Shown: positions 38,796 through 40,433 of the stretch, piece after piece | How the letters are laid out: the number at the start of each line of letters is the position of its first letter | Numbering within the stretch: position 1 is the stretch's first letter | IMG/VR virus record: IMGVR_UViG_3300030361_000020 | Origin: a virus | Length of the DNA stretch: 40,433 nt | Strand: one strand, 5' to 3' | Made by a program: the position numbers and the translations under genes | Notes under the pieces: generated by a model | Databases searched by the model: none | What the model was told of the DNA's origin: nothing | Seen by the model: only the letters and a program-made list of their open reading frames with translations

Positions 38796-40433
38796 ATGGC
38801 AGACATAGCTAAACTAGGCTTTAAGGTTGACACTTCAGGGTTATCAAAAGGCACTAAAGAGCTAGATAAGTTCAATAAGTCAGGCAATCAAGCTGAATCA
38901 TCAACTGGCAAGTTGAGCATGGCGATCGGCGGTATGTCAAAAGCCGCTGGCGTTGCTGGAGCTGCAATAGCTGCCACTGCTGGCGTGTTATCTGCGTATG
39001 TTTATCAGCTTGGTCGGTCAAGACGAGAGCTTGAGGCTAACGCTAGGCTAGCTGGTGATACAGTTGAAAACTTTCAGTCTCAGGAGTTCGCATATAGGCA
39101 GTTTGGGCTTACCGTTGATAACGTAACTGACATATTCAAAGATGCGCGTGAAAGAATTGGCGAATTTGTAAAGGGAATGTCGGGCGGTCTTGATGATTTC
39201 GGCACTGTGATGGGGTGGTCAAAGGAGCGAACCAAGCAATTTGCAATGGAGCTTACAGGACTTTCAGGTCAAGATGCGTTGCAGGTTATTGTTAGTCAAA
39301 TGGAAATGGCAGGAGCATCCGCTAACGAGATGAGTTGGGCGCTTGAGGGTTTAGGCTCAGAAGCAACCAGAATGATTCCAGCTCTAGAGAATAATGGTAA
39401 TGCAATTAGAAGCCTAACGGATGAGTATTCATCTTTTAATGACGTTTTTAAGCTTGATGAAGCAGAGATAGATAATTACGCAAGGCTAACTAAGAACTTT
39501 GACCTATTCTTAGCTACCGCTGAGAACGGAATGACAAAAGTTATAGCGCCACTCGCTGGACATATGGCTGATTTAGCTATAGCAACAACGCACTTCCTAA
39601 GTTCTCTACAAGAAGGAACCGAGGCAAACGTCGCCTCTGAGCTGGTTGATATTAACGAGCAAATATCAACACTTAATAAGGCAATAGAAGATAACGCAAC
39701 CGCATCAGGGAGAGCAAAAAACGCTTTACTTGGCTTTACTGATGGAACAAGCACAGATAACAACTTCATGAGGGAGCAGATTGAGCTTTTAAAGCAAAGG
39801 CGAGCAATTTTGATGGAGCAGCTCTCGCAAATGAGGACTGGAACTTCTGGGCTAATTGATACGTCAGCTCCATTCGAAATGGAAATCACTTCATCAAATA
39901 ATTTACGAAATGTTATTGTATCAAACAGCGAGGCAATGATAGAGGCTCAAAAGGCATGGGATAAAATGCTTAAAGAAGGCACTTTAGGCATGACAGAGTA
40001 CGTCGACACCTCTACAGAGATCGCAAAGAAAGCTCAAAAGGCATGGGATGAAATGAGAGAGTCTGGAACTCTTGGAGTTACAAGTTTCGTTGATACTTCA
40101 GGAATGATGGAAGATCAATTCATAGAGGCATCCAACGGAGCCATATCTCTTCTTTCATCTATACAAAGGCTTTCTGATGAAGGATCTAGCGCATACAAAG
40201 ACCTAGAACGTGCGATAATGGCGGTCAACATCGCACAGTCTGCCGTTAGTGGAAATATCGCAGGTGCGGTTGCGTCAAGCATTGGCTTGCTAATGTCTCT
40301 TGATAACGATCTTGGTGGTGATATATCGGCAGAGGTACAAGCAAGTCAAAATCTTGATGCTTGGGGTGAAAAGGCTGATTCAATATCTAAGTCTGTTGAT
40401 ATTACAGCCAGCGCAACAGAGAAGCTTGTTGGC
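38796..40433 (+). CDS. Tape measure protein, 5' part (open to the window end, continues at base 1)
   Basis: ATG 38796 follows AAAGGGG. I translated the first ~140 codons and 39945-40100, and both are stop-free. The track lists no + ORF here, and frame phasing fits an open frame to 40433 (546 codons); the rest was not read codon by codon. The N-terminus is MADIAKLGFKVDTSGLSKGTKELDKF.. with a hydrophobic AAGVAGAAIAATAGVL segment, and DIFKDARERIGEFVKG is typical of tape-measure proteins. Absent from the track because it has no stop in the window. Confidence 0.85.
   Translation, partial: MADIAKLGFKVDTSGLSKGTKELDKFNKSGNQAESSTGKLSMAIGGMSKAAGVAGAAIAATAGVLSAYVYQLGRSRRELEANARLAGDTVENFQSQEFAYRQFGLTVDNVTDIFKDARERIGEFVKGMSGGLDDFGTVMGWSKERTKQFAMELTGLSGQDALQVIVSQMEMAGASANEMSWALEGLGSEATRMIPALENNGNAIRSLTDEYSSFNDVFKLDEAEIDNYARLTKNFDLFLATAENGMTKVIAPLAGHMADLAIATTHFLSSLQEGTEANVASELVDINEQISTLNKAIEDNATASGRAKNALLGFTDGTSTDNNFMREQIELLKQRRAILMEQLSQMRTGTSGLIDTSAPFEMEITSSNNLRNVIVSNSEAMIEAQKAWDKMLKEGTLGMTEYVDTSTEIAKKAQKAWDEMRESGTLGVTSFVDTSGMMEDQFIEASNGAISLLSSIQRLSDEGSSAYKDLERAIMAVNIAQSAVSGNIAGAVASSIGLLMSLDNDLGGDISAEVQASQNLDAWGEKADSISKSVDITASATEKLVG
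39945..40100 (+). repeat. Tandem 87-bp (29-aa) duplication inside the tape-measure gene
   Basis: AQKAWDKMLKEGTLGMTEYVDTS and AQKAWDEMRESGTLGVTSFVDTS. A 17-nt exact match, GCTCAAAAGGCATGGGA, occurs at 39945 and 40032. Confidence 0.8.
40307..40433. repeat. Right copy of the 127-bp exact terminal overlap
   Basis: Identical to 1..127 by direct comparison. Confidence 0.95.

Larger units (their letters stand above)
1..40306 (+). mobile_element. Complete, circularly closed tailed-phage genome (siphovirus-type gene set), unique length 40306 bp
   Basis: Full virion, packaging, replication and recombination gene set is present. The first 127 nt equal the last 127 nt, so the contig closes on itself. 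No host genes, integrase or att-like flanks seen. Confidence 0.85.

Noticed and set aside
39476-39889. 137-aa minus-strand ORF
   Set aside because: It lies antisense to the 5' part of the tape-measure ORF, which the track omitted only because it lacks a stop in the window.
1-40433. Search for tRNA, rRNA, CRISPR arrays, transposases, integrase or reverse transcriptase
   Set aside because: No intergenic segment is long enough or shows cloverleaf-like pairing. No spaced repeat arrays were seen. No ORF showed integrase, transposase or RT motifs on either strand. This was by-eye inspection only, so tRNAscan, Infernal and HMM searches should confirm it.

Overview
The window is a complete, circularly closed genome of a tailed dsDNA phage. 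It has a siphovirus-type gene set: tape measure, G/GT chaperone and tail tube, with no sheath. Bases 1-127 are identical to 40307-40433, so the unique length is 40306 bp. The tape-measure ORF runs across the junction (38796..40433 joined to 1..1660, 1056 aa). This ORF is missing from the supplied track because it has no stop inside the window. Almost everything is on the + strand, in this order: tail tip, fibre and fibre chaperone (1660-5605); a possible lysis-type trio (5598-6590); a minus-strand recombination operon (6612-9028: RHH regulator, Sak4-like ATPase, SSB-like protein, ER/K-rich coiled-coil protein); a long + strand early/middle region (9160-19219) with NinG/Rap, a Rha+KilAC antirepressor, a replication initiator carrying internal iteron-like repeats, DnaB, a MazG-like protein, a Lar-like protein, a NinB-like protein and a DUF5675 protein; an envelope-targeted accessory cluster (19330-21955); and then terS-terL. 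The morphogenesis module is interrupted twice. Island 1 (24044-26946) sits between terL and a MuF-like gene and has its own divergent promoters, an HTH gene and terminators. Island 2 (28105-31179) sits between the MuF-like gene and the portal and includes an NPPY adenine methyltransferase. After the portal come scaffold, capsid, connectors, tail tube and G/GT with a canonical -1 slippery heptamer. I saw no integrase, CI-type repressor, tRNA, rRNA, CRISPR array, transposase or recognisable endolysin. Eleven short ORFs below the track cutoff fit the tight start/stop coupling and are proposed. The points most worth follow-up are the self-regulated island 1, a promoter-to-terminator bracketed unit of about 80 nt (candidate sRNA) at 21039-21117, a recurrent family of terminator-promoter cassettes, iteron-like repeats inside the initiator gene, and a portal RBS buried in a terminator hairpin. 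All family names come from motif recognition by eye and synteny; no searches were run.
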